DNA of 64,000 nucleotides from the human T2T-CHM13v2.0 reference genome, Homo sapiens, in the NCBI RefSeq assembly GCF_009914755.1, contig NC_060927.1; one strand, given 5' to 3'. A program made the position numbers and the translations under genes. This document shows, piece after piece, positions 42,234 through 55,390 of this stretch. Numbering within the stretch: the first letter of the stretch is position 1; each line of letters begins with the position of its first letter. The notes below the pieces were generated by a model. The model worked only from the letters and a program-made list of their open reading frames with translations, did no database searches and was not told the origin of the DNA.

Positions 42234-44669
42234 AGTTGACCAAGAATTGATTGAGAAAGAAAGAAAGAGGCTGGATCTCCTGCAAAGCGGCCCAAGGGCT
42301 TCCAGCCATGAATGGACCCAGATTCAAGTGCAAAGCTATGCTGGGAAATAAAGAAAGGCACAGCTTTGTCTACTGAGGTCTTGTGTGAAAATCCACACCA
42401 TCCCCTGCAGCGTGTTTAGTTCTGCTTCTCCAAGGTAGGTCTCCTCCCGTTTTAAGCTGGAGAGCTAAAGCACAGCAGAGTGAAGTGGCTCACCCAAGCC
42501 CACAACAAATGGCTGGCATTTGAGCTCACATCTGTCTGACTCCAAAATCCATATCCCCTTGGTCTCATTGTCTGAAGCTTACTGCCTGGGGATCCTGGGA
42601 CAACATTTCAGCTGCATTCCCAGCAAACAGATCCATGAGCCCAGAGAAGCACCCCAGCCATGCCTGAGACTTGGTTCCCAGCCACTCAGCACCACCTCCT
42701 ATGGACAGAGCTGGAAAACTGGGCCACAGGAAGCAAGACTGCATGGCTCTCTCCTCTCCTTCCAGTATGGCATTGAGCACTGATTAAAAAGATAATCTGG
42801 AGGCTGCTCTAGGGCCAGGCGCCATGCACAAAACACCAGAATGATTTGTCATCTGAAAAGCTAAAAACATCTTGATGGGTGGAGAAATCTTGATGAGTCG
42901 ATCATGGAAGATTATGCAAATCCCTCTGCCTTTGGTGCAGACTTTTCCAGCCAAAAGATACCACCTCCAGATGTGGTACCCTCTAAAAATAGCAGGTGGA
43001 GTCATCTCCCCTGGCTAATTGTTCTAAGTGGTCCCTCAGTGCCATCTGGAAGTGGATCTCCTCAGTGTACCAGGACATCGCCCCAATTATCTATGCAACG
43101 GCTCCTCAATGCTGGCCTTACAACAGAGGCGGCAGCTGTCTCCGCTTATTACACCTCCCCGCCCCCTGCCATGGCCGGCACTGACTCTGCCTCTGACGCT
43201 GAGGATACGCACTGCACACGCCCTGCCAGATGCCAAAGGAAGCCATTCTTCTGGAAGAAGACTTTCTCCTGAAAGCCTCCTGGAGGCAAAGTTCTGGCAG
43301 AACGAGGCAATTTCCCTCCCTGCAGGCGGAAGGAAGGCAATTAGAGCGGGTAAGGATGGGGGATGCTTTCTCTTTTCTTCACTGCTGGCGAAATATGGGC
43401 CAGGTCACGCCACTGGCAGATGCTGCTGGCTGTGAGTGTGCAGCATCGACTCCAGATGGGTTTCTTGCCAGCATCTCTGGCAACCAGGGCAGGAGAGGTG
43501 CATGTGCCTGTTCTTTCCAGGGGCTGTGGGTGCCACAGGGCAATGCCTATAGCAGGCAGGTCTGGGACAGCTCTCAGATGTGTGCCTGGACCCAGGTAGT
43601 CTGAGATCTTCGCCAGGGCCTCTGACCACCTTGGCCTCTGAAGCAATTAACTGGTTTCCCTGCTCTGTTCACTGGTCAGTTCTGAGTAGCATGAGATGGC
43701 AGAATTCTCAGAGGTCACCTGGCTCATGAGAAAGTGCCAGGAGGGCATGTGAGTGCTTGGAAAGGTCCTCCCCAGAGGGAGAAGAACCAGGTCAAAGACT
43801 TTGTGCAGCATGGAGGAGAAGAAGGAAGGGAAGAGAGGAAGTACTGCCTGATGTGTGGCCGGTTAGCCTTGTGCCTGCCCAGCCCTGCCTTGAGGAGATG
43901 ATGGAGGGAGGGGCAGAATGTCTTCCAGGGAAGCAGGGGATGCAGACTGCTAAGAAGATGCACAAGTCTGTCAGTGTACCAAGTTGTTGTTCCAATCGTG
44001 TCTGTAGGGATCTTTAATCAGAAATAACTTCATTGCAATTTCAGGAGCTAGGGCTGAGAGAGGGGAAATGATGCAGACACTGCCACCCAGCAAGTGAGAG
44101 GAAGGACTGAACATGGACAGAAGGGCTTGAGACATTGAGCCTTGGCTGCTTTCACCCATCCCTTCAATTGCTGCCCTCTTTTCTAATGGCCTGAGTCTCC
44201 AAATGGAGCCAAGCTGGGGGCACCCTGGCCAGGAGATGTGGCCTGCTGTGCCCCTGAGAAGAGCTGTCCCAGGCACACAGAGACAACATTTGGAAGTGGA
44301 AAATGCCTCTGGAGCAGTCAGAGTGTTGGGAAGTCTCATCCCATTCTCCGTTTCAGGAACCTTCCCTCAGCAACAGCAGAGCAGAAGGGAACTCAGTTCA
44401 GCATAACTCGGCAAGTATTCCCGAGCAGCATGCTTGGGCTGGGCAGGGGAGACTGTCACAGCCAGAGTGGGCAGTGCTGTGACAGGAGGCTCCCTGTGCA
44501 GTTCCACTTTGTCTCTGTGACTTCGCACAGGTTGTTCCCTTGCCTGGAATGTCCTCCCCCAACCTTTTCTTCCTGGAAAACTTCTATTCAGCAAAACTCA
44601 GGTTAAATTTCACCTCCTCCAAGAAGGCTTTTTCAACTCTCTATGCTGTGCTCTCAGAGCCCCCTCCTC

Positions 44670-44670
<1 letters not shown>

Positions 44671-44725
<55 letters not shown>
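44671..44725. repeat. (AC)~27 microsatellite within an L2 fragment
   Basis: Read directly; L2-like flanks ('gttcccttgcctggaatgtcctcccc', 'gactagactgcaaactctttgaag'). Confidence 0.95.
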
Positions 44726-44726
<1 letters not shown>

Positions 44727-46152
44727 CTTTCCTCTACCAGGACACTATCTGCTTCTTGACTAGACTGCAAACTCTTTGAAGTGAGTGATCATTTAACCAG
44801 CATGATGTTTGTCACATAGTAGATACTTCGTCAATGTTTAGGAGCCAAGGAGAGAAACCACAGTGAACAGCCACACTGTACTTTCCTCACTGTGATCAGC
44901 ACAGTCTTGAACTGTGGCGTAAGGGCTTCCCTGTGATCCAAGGAGGTGCTTCCTGCTGGTGAAGGAGGAGTTGGGCCCGGGGCTGCAGCCACCTGGGCGA
45001 GAAACCACTGGGAACCTGCTCTGTGCCAGGCCCTGCCTGGGCTTTGGGGGTGGGAGTAAGACACAGTCCCTGTCCTGAGGACCTGCAGTCTGGTGGAGTG
45101 GACAGGAGCTGGGTTGACATAGGATCTGCCAGGCAGAGGGTGCTGATTGTCATAGACAGCTTGGATGTCAGGGGAGCCTGAGGTGGAGAGTGGTGGTGGC
45201 TATTGAGACCATTCTCCAGAGAGGACGGGGTGCAGGTAGAGTTTCAACAGGTTGATGGAAGGGGATTCCAAGTGGAGGGGGGACCAAGGACAATGACAGA
45301 GAGACGGGAGCCTGCAGAGCAGTTGAGTATCAGTGAAGTATGGGAGCTCAGCTATGGCATCTTGGAGCTAGAGGGAGAGAAAGATGAGGGGTGAGCCTGG
45401 AGCCTACAGCTGCCAGTGCTGGAGGGCCCCTTGCATCAAAGCCCTTTCCTGTGGAGGATAACGGGGGCCTTGAGACCAGGATGCCTGCCAGGAGACTGGG
45501 CCAGATTGGAGGGCTTTGAGTGTACTGATACAGATTGCTTAAGCCTGACCCAGTGGGCAGCAGACATCTTCACACAGGGGGTACAGGCTGGACCAGCATG
45601 AAGGCAGGATCTGTGGGGCATCTGCACTACCACGTGAAGTTTAGCAGGCCTCTGCACCCTGCCTGTCTCTGCACCTCTCCTGCCATTATGCCTTGATTCA
45701 GGCCTTGCTCCTTTGAGTAAAGACACTGCCTCCTCTTAGGATGCCCACACTCCCAGAAAGGGTAGCACGTTAGGCCTCAGATACCCCAGCATGGGCCAGT
45801 GGAAATGGACTGGAGAGACTCAAGCCAGCACGAGGGTACTTGGAGCCTGGGGAATGGGGGGTGGGGCCAGGCAGGAGGACACCAATGCCAGCATCACCCT
45901 AAGGGAAGCCTGGGGTGATCTCACAGCCTTGCCTGAGATGTGGGACAGTCTGACAGGCAGCTGGGCCAGCGGCTCCTCCCTCAGCCTACAGATGGATAGG
46001 AACTGGCCATAGCTCAGCACTAGCTTCTGTGAGTAATCAGACTGCATGACTTTTATTCTTGGATAGCCTCTGCTGCCGAAAAGGAATATGGTATGAACTT
46101 TATATACTGATGTGGAATATTCCCATGAAATATTAAATAAAAAAAGTGAGTT

Positions 46153-46460
46153 GGCCAGGCGCGGTGGCTCACGCCTGTAATCCCAGCACTTTGGGAGGCC
46201 GAGGCGGGCAGGTCATGAGGTCAGGAGTTCGAGACCAGCCTGGCCAACATGGTGAAACCCCGTCTCTAGTAAAAATACAAAAAATTAGCTGGGTGTAGTG
46301 GCGGGCGCCTGTAATCCCAGCTACTTGGGAGGCTGAGGCAGGAGAATCGCTTAACCTGGGAGGTGGAGGTTGCAGTGAGCTGAGATTGCACCACTGTACT
46401 CCAGCCCCGGCAACAGAGTGAGACTCCGTCTCAAAAAAAAAAAAAAAAAAAAAAAAAAAA
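46153..46460 (+). mobile_element. AluSg-like SINE
   Basis: 'tcatgaggtcaggagttcgagaccagcctggccaacatgg'; long A tail; TSD aaaaaag(t/c)gagt. Confidence 0.93.
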
Positions 46461-46515
46461 GCGAGTCACAGCACAATATATGTAATATTGAACATTTCTT
46501 TAAAAATGAAAATCT

Positions 46516-46832
46516 GTCCAGTTGCTTTGACTCATGTCTGTAATCCCAGCACTTTGGGAGGCCGAGGTGGAAGGATTGCTTGAAGCCAGGAGTTCAAGAC
46601 CAGTCTGGGCAACAAAGTGAGACCCCCCGTCTCTACAAAAATTAATAATAAAAGAAAGTTAGATGGGTGCAGTGGCATGTGCCTATAGTCTCAGCTACTC
46701 ATGAGGCTGAGGTAGGAGGATTGCTTGAGCCCAGGAGTCCAGAAGGTCAAGGCTGCAGTGAGCTATGATCTTGCCACTACACTCCAGCCCTGGCAACAGA
46801 GTGAGACCCTGCCTCTAAAACAAAACAAAACA
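46516..46832 (+). mobile_element. AluJ-family SINE
   Basis: J diagnostics 'ggattgcttgagcccaggag...aggctgcagtgagctatgatc'; TSD aaaatct. Both Alus here sit in an old L1 3'-end remnant (~46080-47010). Confidence 0.9.
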
Positions 46833-48809
46833 AAAATCTAGTCTAGAAGTGCTTGTAGGTGTTTGTGAGTACATAGAAAAGCTCTGGATGGAGACTTGGC
46901 CGTTTTACTATAGTGGTTACCTCTGGGGAGGTGACTGGCATTGTCGAGGGGACATGCATATCTTATTATGTATGCTTCTGCACTATGAAGTTTACATTAA
47001 TTTAAAGTAATGTTGGTTAACACCCTGAGGACTAAAACATGCTCATCACACCCTCCTCGGGACCTCTGCTCTCACTGATATCTCAGCACATCTAGCTGAC
47101 AGTGCCTGTCCACATGAGCTGGGCCCCAAGTCCAGCTTCCTCACTTACCCGTTGGGGCACACCTGGGCAGGGCCCCTCCCTGAACTCTGCTTTCCCTGCC
47201 TGAAAATGGGAGCAATGGTGATAACAACCTCTCCTCACCAGCTCATCTTGGACGTAGAGGTCATGTACAGGCTTTGTGGATGACCAAAGATCCAAGTGCT
47301 TCTGTGTGGCTGCCAAGGACAGTGCAGGCACAAGAGTCCTTCCCACAATGAGGACTCAGGCAGAGCAGGTGGCCCCTCAGGAGGAATCACAGCTGCTGCC
47401 CACAGGGGCTGCTCTGTTGCTTCTCCACCATGGCAGAGGCTAATGGGGGCCCTGAGGCTTTGGGCTCAACCCGACTAATCCCTGTGTGGCTGCTTTCTAA
47501 CTGTGACATGCTGGGCCCCACCCATCCTCTCTCCTCTTTGTAAAAAGGAGAAATGAATACCTACCTTGAAAGAGGACTCTAAGGGTTATACAAGATACTA
47601 CGTGTGCACATGCGGAGCACACAGTGGCACGGATACATGGTGTGCACACCTCCCTCCCCGCTGATACCTGGGGGAGAGCCCATTCCACATAGTGTCTCCA
47701 GCAGCCCAGAGTCCAAGGCGGCCTCCCCAGCATGCCCACCAGCCATCCACCATGGGTTTTGGGGGCTCACCCTAGCATATTGTTCTCTCACACTACCCTC
47801 TGTCCCACTGCTCTGGTGTAGAATGGAACTCACAGACCTTCACCCCACTCCTGTGCTCCCGAGGGGCACACCTGTGGCATAAATGGGAGGAGTGCCCGGG
47901 GTACAGGTGTGGCCATGGCAGTGCCGGGAACTGTGGATCTCACTCAGGAAGACATATGCAGACATCACCTGAAGTTCCCAGCAGGACAGGGAGTGGCACA
48001 GGCAGCTCCATGCAGTGTAGACGGCAGCACCTGTACTAGACACCTGGGTCACACCTGACTCTTGCTCTACTCCACCCAACTGTGTTGCCTCCAGAAGGTG
48101 CTTGTCAGTAAAGTCAAGTGTCTGTCCCAGCTCTGACCACACGTTGCTATTGAGAGGAAATGCAAGGGATCAGGACAGAACAGATGCAATCCAAACTCAT
48201 GCAGTGGGTGGAGATGGGGTAGGGTGGGGCCAGACCCCTTTCTCAGGTTGCCTAACCAAAGGGTGCCTAGGTGGGGCCTGGTTGCAGGAGGGCTCCTCAT
48301 CTTCCTGTCTGTAGAGACAAGCTTCAGTTGCCTTTCCTTCTTGGCGGTCTGGACAGCTGAACCCCACTCCCCCTGCTGCCCTCCCCTTCCCCCTTCCCTC
48401 CGCCCATTCCCCCTCACAGCCCATTTTCTGGCCGAATTGTTCCTTGGTTTATCTTTGACCTCCACTGCAAACCAGGCTCACTCTGACAGGGCTTTGAAGT
48501 CAAGTGCCTGTGTCTCCCACTCCAGAGTTGGGTCCAGCCCAGCTGGACTCAGGCTGGATGCAGGGCTGAGGTGGGGCCGGCCCCCCAGCATGCCGGCTGT
48601 GGGGGTAGGGAAGGGCTGGTGCAGGCAGAATAGAGGCAATCGTGGTGACCAAGAGGGAGTCAAATAGGGACAGGGTGTGGACGCCAGGGTCTGGGACTCA
48701 GGGCCTCACCCCAGAGCTTGGTGGTGGAGATTTCTAGGGAACAACCATAAAAGGCTAACACAGGTGGGTGCTGGGATCTACTGCCTAAGTGCCATGTCCT
48801 GACCTTTCC

Positions 48810-48998
48810 CAGTGATTCTCAAGCTTGAGCATGCATCAGAATCTTCTGCAGGGCCTGTTAAAACACACAATACTCAGCCTTGCCCAAGAGTTTCTGATAC
48901 AGTAAGTAGGTCTGGGGTGGGGTCTAGAATCTGCATTTGTAACCAGTTTCCAGGTGCTGCTGCTGCTGCTGAGCTGGGACCACACTCTGGAACCACTG
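48810..48998. mobile_element. MER5A hAT-Charlie MITE
   Basis: TIRs CAGTGATTCTCAAGCT and GGAACCACTG; internal 'gcatcagaatc...gtaggtctggggtgggg...aatctgcattt'. Confidence 0.88.
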
Positions 48999-49139
48999 CC
49001 TTAAGTACTTTGCCTTCCACTCCCTGCAGAACAGAAAGAGCAGGCTGAATACACTAAAGGGAGTGAGGGTGTCTCAACATTCCCTTTAGCAGGATTAACC
49101 ATAGGAATTGTAACACTGCTTGAGCTTTTATTGGGTCTC

Positions 49140-49330
49140 AATAAGATAATAACAGATTATCTTATTGAATCCTTACAAGGGCCTTGTAAAATAGGAATAT
49201 CACACCCATTTTAGTGAAGGATAAACTGAGACTCACAGAGTCCAAGCACCCCAAGTCACCCACTGGGCAGTAGCAGAATTAGGATTTGAACCCGAGCAGC
49301 CTGGTCCCAGAGCCCATGTGCTGGAGCTAC
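49140..49330 (-). mobile_element. MIR SINE
   Basis: 'cccattttagtgaaggataaactgagactcacagag...aggatttgaacccgagcagcctgg'. Confidence 0.75.
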
Positions 49331-52289
49331 AATACCGATCCCTCTGGACAGACAGGTAAACGATGGTTGACCATGGGATCAGTTCAGAGCCTGGAGCAAT
49401 CCCTGTGCGTGAAAGGCTCAGTGAGGACCTGGGCATGCTGTGGGCAGGGCTGCCTCTGTCCTGATGCTCCTAGCGCAGGCCAGGGTTCCTCTCTCTTCCC
49501 CACTGCTGGGCCCTGCCAGGCAGAGGGCTGGATGTGCCCCAAGAGGAGAACAAAACCCTGAGGAACAAGACTGAGCCCCCATGTTAGTTCAGTCCAATCT
49601 GATAGCATCAGAAGCACTAAGATGTTGGCTTGGCTCCTTCTACTTTTTTTCTTTTAAAGCTGTTTCAGAATTTCCTTTGCCCATATTTTATTTTTCATTT
49701 GAAAGAACTCCTCCCTGCTCCTGCAATCCACCTGGCTATATAATTCCTGGACTGAACATATTCTTACTTATGTGAGTATATGTGTGTGAACCTGAGGGTG
49801 CACTGGGGCCTGTGGACACATGGGGGTGCCTGTGTGTCTTTGCAGGCATCTGTGGTGTGCAGAGTGCCCACATGTGCCTGGGTGCATGCAGGCTCGGGTA
49901 TACACACTTGGGGGTCTGAGTAGATGCTGCCTTGCTCCTGGATGGGCACTGACCCCTGACTGTGAACAGATGTGCTTCACAAGACCAGGCAGGGATTGCA
50001 GCTGTGTGGCTGCCAGAAGGCGGCCAGTTGTGGGGCTCAGAAAGGAGCCTGGAGCACCTTGACCCAGCAGAGGAGCACCTTACCCTCGGTGCTGCTGCCG
50101 GCCGGCTGGCCAGGACGGCTGCCTCTCCCAGTCTGTAATGCTGTGCTGTGGGGTGTGGGGGAGATAAGGTTGCCAAGCTGTTTATCAAGCCCTTTGAAAC
50201 GATCTGGGGCTGCTGGCCAGGCCAGCAGAGGAAGCAGCACTTTATGGGCCTGACTCTGTGGTGACCTCACCACTCGGTCCTCTCTGCTCTTCTCCTGTGC
50301 CTCTCTGTCTTCCACTGTCCCATCCCCACGATGGAGCTGACTAAAAAAGGAGGTGCCCTACTCCTCATTCACTCACCTTATGGGGGAAGGAATAGCCCCT
50401 GGAGGGAGAGGGGGAGGAAGAGAGTAGTGGGAGCGCCTCTGCGTCCCTAGGCAGGTGTGGGCTGGAGTAGGAGGGAGGGAAGCAACGATGGTCTGTCAAG
50501 GTCCTGGCTTTGCTCCGCTCTGTGGTGACAGGGCAGGCCTGGTTTCCCTCCCAGCCCAAGAAGGACCCCAAAGTGAAGACAGAAATGACAGAAAGCAAGA
50601 GGACATGGTTAGGACATTCCCTATGTCGGCCCATCCATTTATGCCCAGGGCCTAGCACAGCCTTTGGCACATGGCAGGCACTAAAGACTATTTGATAAAT
50701 ATTGCTGAATGAAGAAGGAAAGAGCTGGAAGCTTGTTGGAGAATAAGGAGATGAAGAAGATGAAGGCAGAGAAATGGCCAGAGGGAGAAGCCAGGAGCCC
50801 AGCATTTGCAGGCCCTGAGATGCTACCCAGGGAAGCCAGTGATGGGGAGGCAGAGAGGGAGAGAAGGGAGAAAAGATAAAACAACAGTGGGCAGTGAGCA
50901 AGAAAATGGAAGAGGGAAATTTGCCCTCAGGTCTGGAGGCCTGGATTCTTTGGTGGGGGTGGGCTGTGTCCTCAAAGGAGAAAACCAGGTTCCTCCCATG
51001 TAGCTTCAGAGAAGTGTATCAAATCCGGTGGGGTTAGGGTGTGGGATTGGGACAGTGGCAGGCATCTGGATATGAAGGCCAGGCCTGCTCTGAGAAGAGA
51101 AGGTCTGTGCAGAGCAGGGTGCCTCATCATTATGTCACCCCATCATTGTCACCACATGTCTGCCATGGGGGTCCTGCCCGTCCATTCCTGCAGCGAGAGA
51201 AACAAGTTGAGGCTTTCAAAGGGGTTAGGGGGATAAGGGGAGGACACAGAGATGGGAAGGGACCCAGATGTGCCTGATGTCAGAGCCCAGGGGTTAGAAA
51301 GGGCAGGAAGGCTTCTTGGAAGAGGTGGAATTTGACCAGCTGAGATTTTAGTGACAGTAAATTGCATTATCTGGAAGCACCAGTTGGAGAAAATGAAGCC
51401 CCCTGTCTTTTCTTAGTCATGAGAGACATCCTGTCTTGGGCTGCTACGGCTGCCAGCCTGCATTAAGCTGCCTTTGGGCCCCCTGTGTGGAGCAGGAAAA
51501 ATTAGAGCCAATCAATGCGATTTCAAGGCAGCAGCTCCTTCCCAGCAGCCCGTGGCCATGCCTGTTAACCAGCCCGCAGCCCCAATGGCCTGATACCACA
51601 AGCAAATGGCCCCTAATGGGGACCAGACCTCCTTTTGCCCTCCCACCTCCCTGCCTGTGTGTCTTTATGCCTGCGTGCTGAGCTGAGATCGTTGCTCCTG
51701 GGGCCCCTGTCCTGCCTAAGGGCCCAGGACCTACTGGGCTAGGCTAGGGGGTGGGGTGGGGGCAAAGTGGGGAAAAGAGCCCTGCAAATGGCCCCTATCC
51801 AGCAGGGAGCTGGACAGCTCCAGCCTGTAGGGTGGGCATGGCAGGGCTCAGCTTGGCCCCAGGCAGCTGCAACCAGGTCATCTGACCACTTTAACCCTAC
51901 ATCTCACTCTGCCCATTGGAAGATCTGGGTATTCTCTACCCACCCTTTGCCAAAGACAGCCTAGGGAGGCTGGATGCTGGGCCTGCTAGAATCTTCAGTG
52001 TGTGTTGCTCCTGACCAGGCCTTCCTCCTAAACTCCATTTTCCTGGCCTTGACTTGGGCCCTCATTGGCTGTCACCTGGGATTCTGCTTTTAAGCCCTCT
52101 GCCTCCTGCCCCCCTCCACCCTGCCGCTGCCAGGAGGCTTTCTAAAATACATCTGATGGGGTTACTTCCCTGCTTCACCATCCCCGGTGGCTCCTGGCTG
52201 CCTTCAGGGTGAAGGGTAAAGTCCTGAGCTGAAAGGGTCACTCCTGGGCCCTGTCCTGCCCACTTCTAGGCCTCTTCTCTTGAATGAGC

Positions 52290-52480
52290 CAGGATGAGGA
52301 TGAGGTGAATGAGGAGCCCACCCACCTTGGGTGCAGAATTTAAGGGGGCACCAAAAAACTCAGCAATCAAAATAAATAATGTTTTAGTGCAATCTTTTAA
52401 AAACCAAAATTAATGAAAAAAAATCCATGATGAACAGAATATGAGTATTGACGAAGATGTGGACTGACAAGACAGGATCA
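52290..52480. mobile_element. MER96B-like hAT element fragment
   Basis: 'gcagaatttaagggggcaccaaaaaactcagcaatcaaaataaataat...aaaatccatgatgaaca' matches the remembered consensus. Confidence 0.65.
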
Positions 52481-52619
52481 GAGAGAGGGAAGTAAGGTGA
52501 ATTGTGTAGGTGTGGGGCAGATCCTGTCTTTAGCCCTGCCAGCCTCACCCTTGTGCTGGGTCTGCATCCAGATATGCCCAGTCATTCTCTACCTTTCAGA
52601 GGGACCCCAGGAAGTGCTT

Positions 52620-52980
52620 AGAATCCCCCCATCACCCAGGCCTTTGTATGTGTCATCCCCTCTGCCTGGAATTCTCTCCTGTCTTCCTTCTTCTGTTCTT
52701 CATTCCTCTAAAACTTGGGTCTGGAAGCCCCTCCCTCACTCCCTAAGCCAGGTTAGGAGCCCTTCTCTGTCTCTTCCCTGACTTCCCCCCTCCAACCCTA
52801 GCACAGCCCCACAGCACTGAGATCCAGGGCTGTGACCACTAGCCTCTGAAGCCATGTGGTAAAATCCTGCAGAGCAGAATGGTGAGGCATTCATTTCTGC
52901 ATCCGTAAAGCCCATCATGGAGCCTGACACAGATTTTCTTCAATTACCTTTGATTGACCGAATGGATAAATGAATGGACA
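52620..52980 (+). mobile_element. L2 3' fragment
   Basis: 'ccctctgcctggaattctct' and a tail-like 'gaatggataaatgaatgga'. Confidence 0.6.
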
Positions 52981-55169
52981 AATAAAAGAATAACATGGCT
53001 GTGAGTCACAGGCCATTTCAATGAATACTTCAAGGATCAAAATTAAATAAAACCCTCACGGTTCCTCAGATCCAGATGGATCCACAGGCTACCAGCATCA
53101 TAGAATAAATGCTGCAACATTTTGGTCCAACAAAAAAGATTCTAGCAGTCTCTAAAAATCTTGCCATAGGATTTGGTCTATACTTTTAAAAACCACTCTT
53201 TTTTCATGATAAAGCCCTTCAACTTGCTCTAAAAGGCAACATAGGAAGAGAGAGACGATGCAGGCCAGTCCTCTCCAAATAAGGCAAAACCCAGCTTTAT
53301 TTTTAGTAATGACTTTCCCAACTGCAAGAGGGCACAAGTCCATGATCCAGCATTACAGAAACCCACCAACTTCCAGAAAAGTTTCAACAACTCATAAAGA
53401 CTCACATGTGCATGCAGACACAAAGACCCATTTTAGGGAAGAGGCCCCAAGACATAGTCTGAAGCCCCAGCTGGGGCCCTTTCTCCATGACAACTCTTCA
53501 GCCAGCCTGGACAGTGCAACCCTTGAGTAACCCCAGCTTTGCTTAACTGGGACAACCCACCTCTCCTCATCCTCCTGGAGAAATGCAGTTTTGTATTTTC
53601 CTGATGTTTGATGGGCCCGACATCAGAGGATCCTCGAAAGTCATATTCCCTGGGAAATCTGACCAAACCGTAAGAACGAAAAGACTATTGGCTAACTTTG
53701 TGGAGACCACTGAGAGCTCAGTCCTCAGCAGAGGAGCTGGAGGGAAAGAGACATTGGAATACTTCACTGTGATTGTCCACGCCGTCATTCTCTTCATCTG
53801 TATAAACTGTGGCTGGTTCACTTTAACCCTGAGCAGGAGCTGCCTATGAAAGAGGATGGCTGGAGTCAGATGCCTGGGCACTCTTCTGGTCAAGTCGGGA
53901 GCTCTCAGTGCCTGCTGACTCATCTGTAAAATGGGGATAACGTCAGGATGAGCTAATAACGCGGAAGCCAGAAAGGCTGATGCCATCTCTGTTTCCAATA
54001 TGATTTTTATGGCCTCCAAGATGGTGTCCTTAGAATCTTTCTCTGCAGCAGGCTCGTTTTTCTCCTCAAATTCCTCTGTGTTTGGCTAAGAACAATCTGT
54101 TTTTCCTACACTTGTCAAGTTGCTCGAAATTCCTAATGCCCATTCATGTTCTTTCCAAGGATTAGCAGAGCACTCCTCGCTTGTCTTTCATCACACTCCC
54201 TCCGCACATGGGGTAAAAATTACATTTGAGTGGAACCCTGGCTATCGATGCCTGTAAAATGGAGACTTTGGCGAGACTCACTTGCCTGGGTCAGAGTGGG
54301 AAACAGGCTGAAAAACAGGCCTGAGCATCTTTAATGATGTGCAGAAAGAGAGGGGCCTCTGCCCCCACGGGCAGATGTACACAGCTGCTAACAGAGAAGC
54401 CCCTCATCCTGTACGACCAGTGCAGAGAAACGATCCCCTCGAATGCTTCCTAGTGGAGTTAAGAAATTTTTTGTTGATCGTGCCTTTGAACTAAGGTCAT
54501 TTAAGTATACAACAGATGTTCCTCTGAGGGAAACAGACTTATAAAGTCAGGAACACAGAAGGGACCTAATGGTTTACTAGGGGTGGCGCATTAAGTTCAT
54601 AGCAATTTAACTCCTTTCAATGCTAAACAAAACAATGACGCAATTTGATGCGCAATAAAAACTTGTCAAAACAATCATCCTGGGCAGTGGAGGTCCTTTC
54701 AGTCATTCTTCTTCTAAAGATAAACCAAGGGCACAAGTGACAGACGTTTCTGGCTTCTCTGTGTAGTTGGAGCAGTCAGTGTGGCAGCCTCAGCCGCTCC
54801 AGGCTGGATCATCCAGGATGGTTGAAGCCTGAAGCCTGGGGGTAGAGGGAGGGGGCAGCCGTGAAATAAAAGGGCAGAAAATTCATGATCTGAGTGGCTT
54901 CCTGGCTGTGCTAGTTTTCTGTGGGTGGAATTAGTGATCACCTGGGAAGTAGGGTTGGGGGGTGGCTGGGCAAGTCCCACTGCTTAATAAGTCCCTCCAC
55001 AGCCTGCTTCACATATCAGACTCCACAATGAGGGCTTTGTGAGTGAAACCACAGGTATGTATTCAGTGTCTCCTATGTGTCGGGCACATCCATGGGGTTC
55101 AGCATTGCCTTCTCCAGGGTCCTCTGTGTAACTACCGCTTTCCATGAGAGGACTCCAGCAGCAAGGCAA

Positions 55170-55390
55170 AAGAAGACTGGATTTAAATTCAGGGAGATCA
55201 GCGTCTAAATTTCAGCCCAGACATTTATTAGCTGTGTGACCCTGGACAAGTCACTTAACCTCTCTGAGGTTTGATTTTCTCCACGTATAAAATGGAGGTG
55301 GTTGTACTCACAACATGGGGTTGTTATCAGGCTTGAGTAAAAGAATGGATGAAAATCCCTAGCACAGTTCTTGGCACAGGGTAGATGTTT
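55170..55390 (+). mobile_element. MIR SINE (followed by antisense L2 at ~55400-55900)
   Basis: 'ttattagctgtgtgaccctggacaagtcacttaacctctctgag...tataaaatggagg'. Confidence 0.8.

Noticed and set aside
49730-49780. TATATAA box followed by a GTGAGT donor
   Set aside because: The predicted TSS would lie only a few bases from the donor, and there is no CpG island or other promoter support.
50365-50901. Longest ORF (178 aa, minus strand)
   Set aside because: Non-ATG start; it arises from the pyrimidine-rich strand of a purine-biased stretch (S/P/L-rich).
53583-53849. 88-aa ORF with a hydrophobic, TM-like C-terminus
   Set aside because: No homology I can support, weak Kozak context, and a length within chance expectation.
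53567-54019. 150-aa minus-strand ORF
   Set aside because: Starts at TTG, part of it (VIPILQMSQQ) is an antisense MIR frame, and no domain is recognisable.
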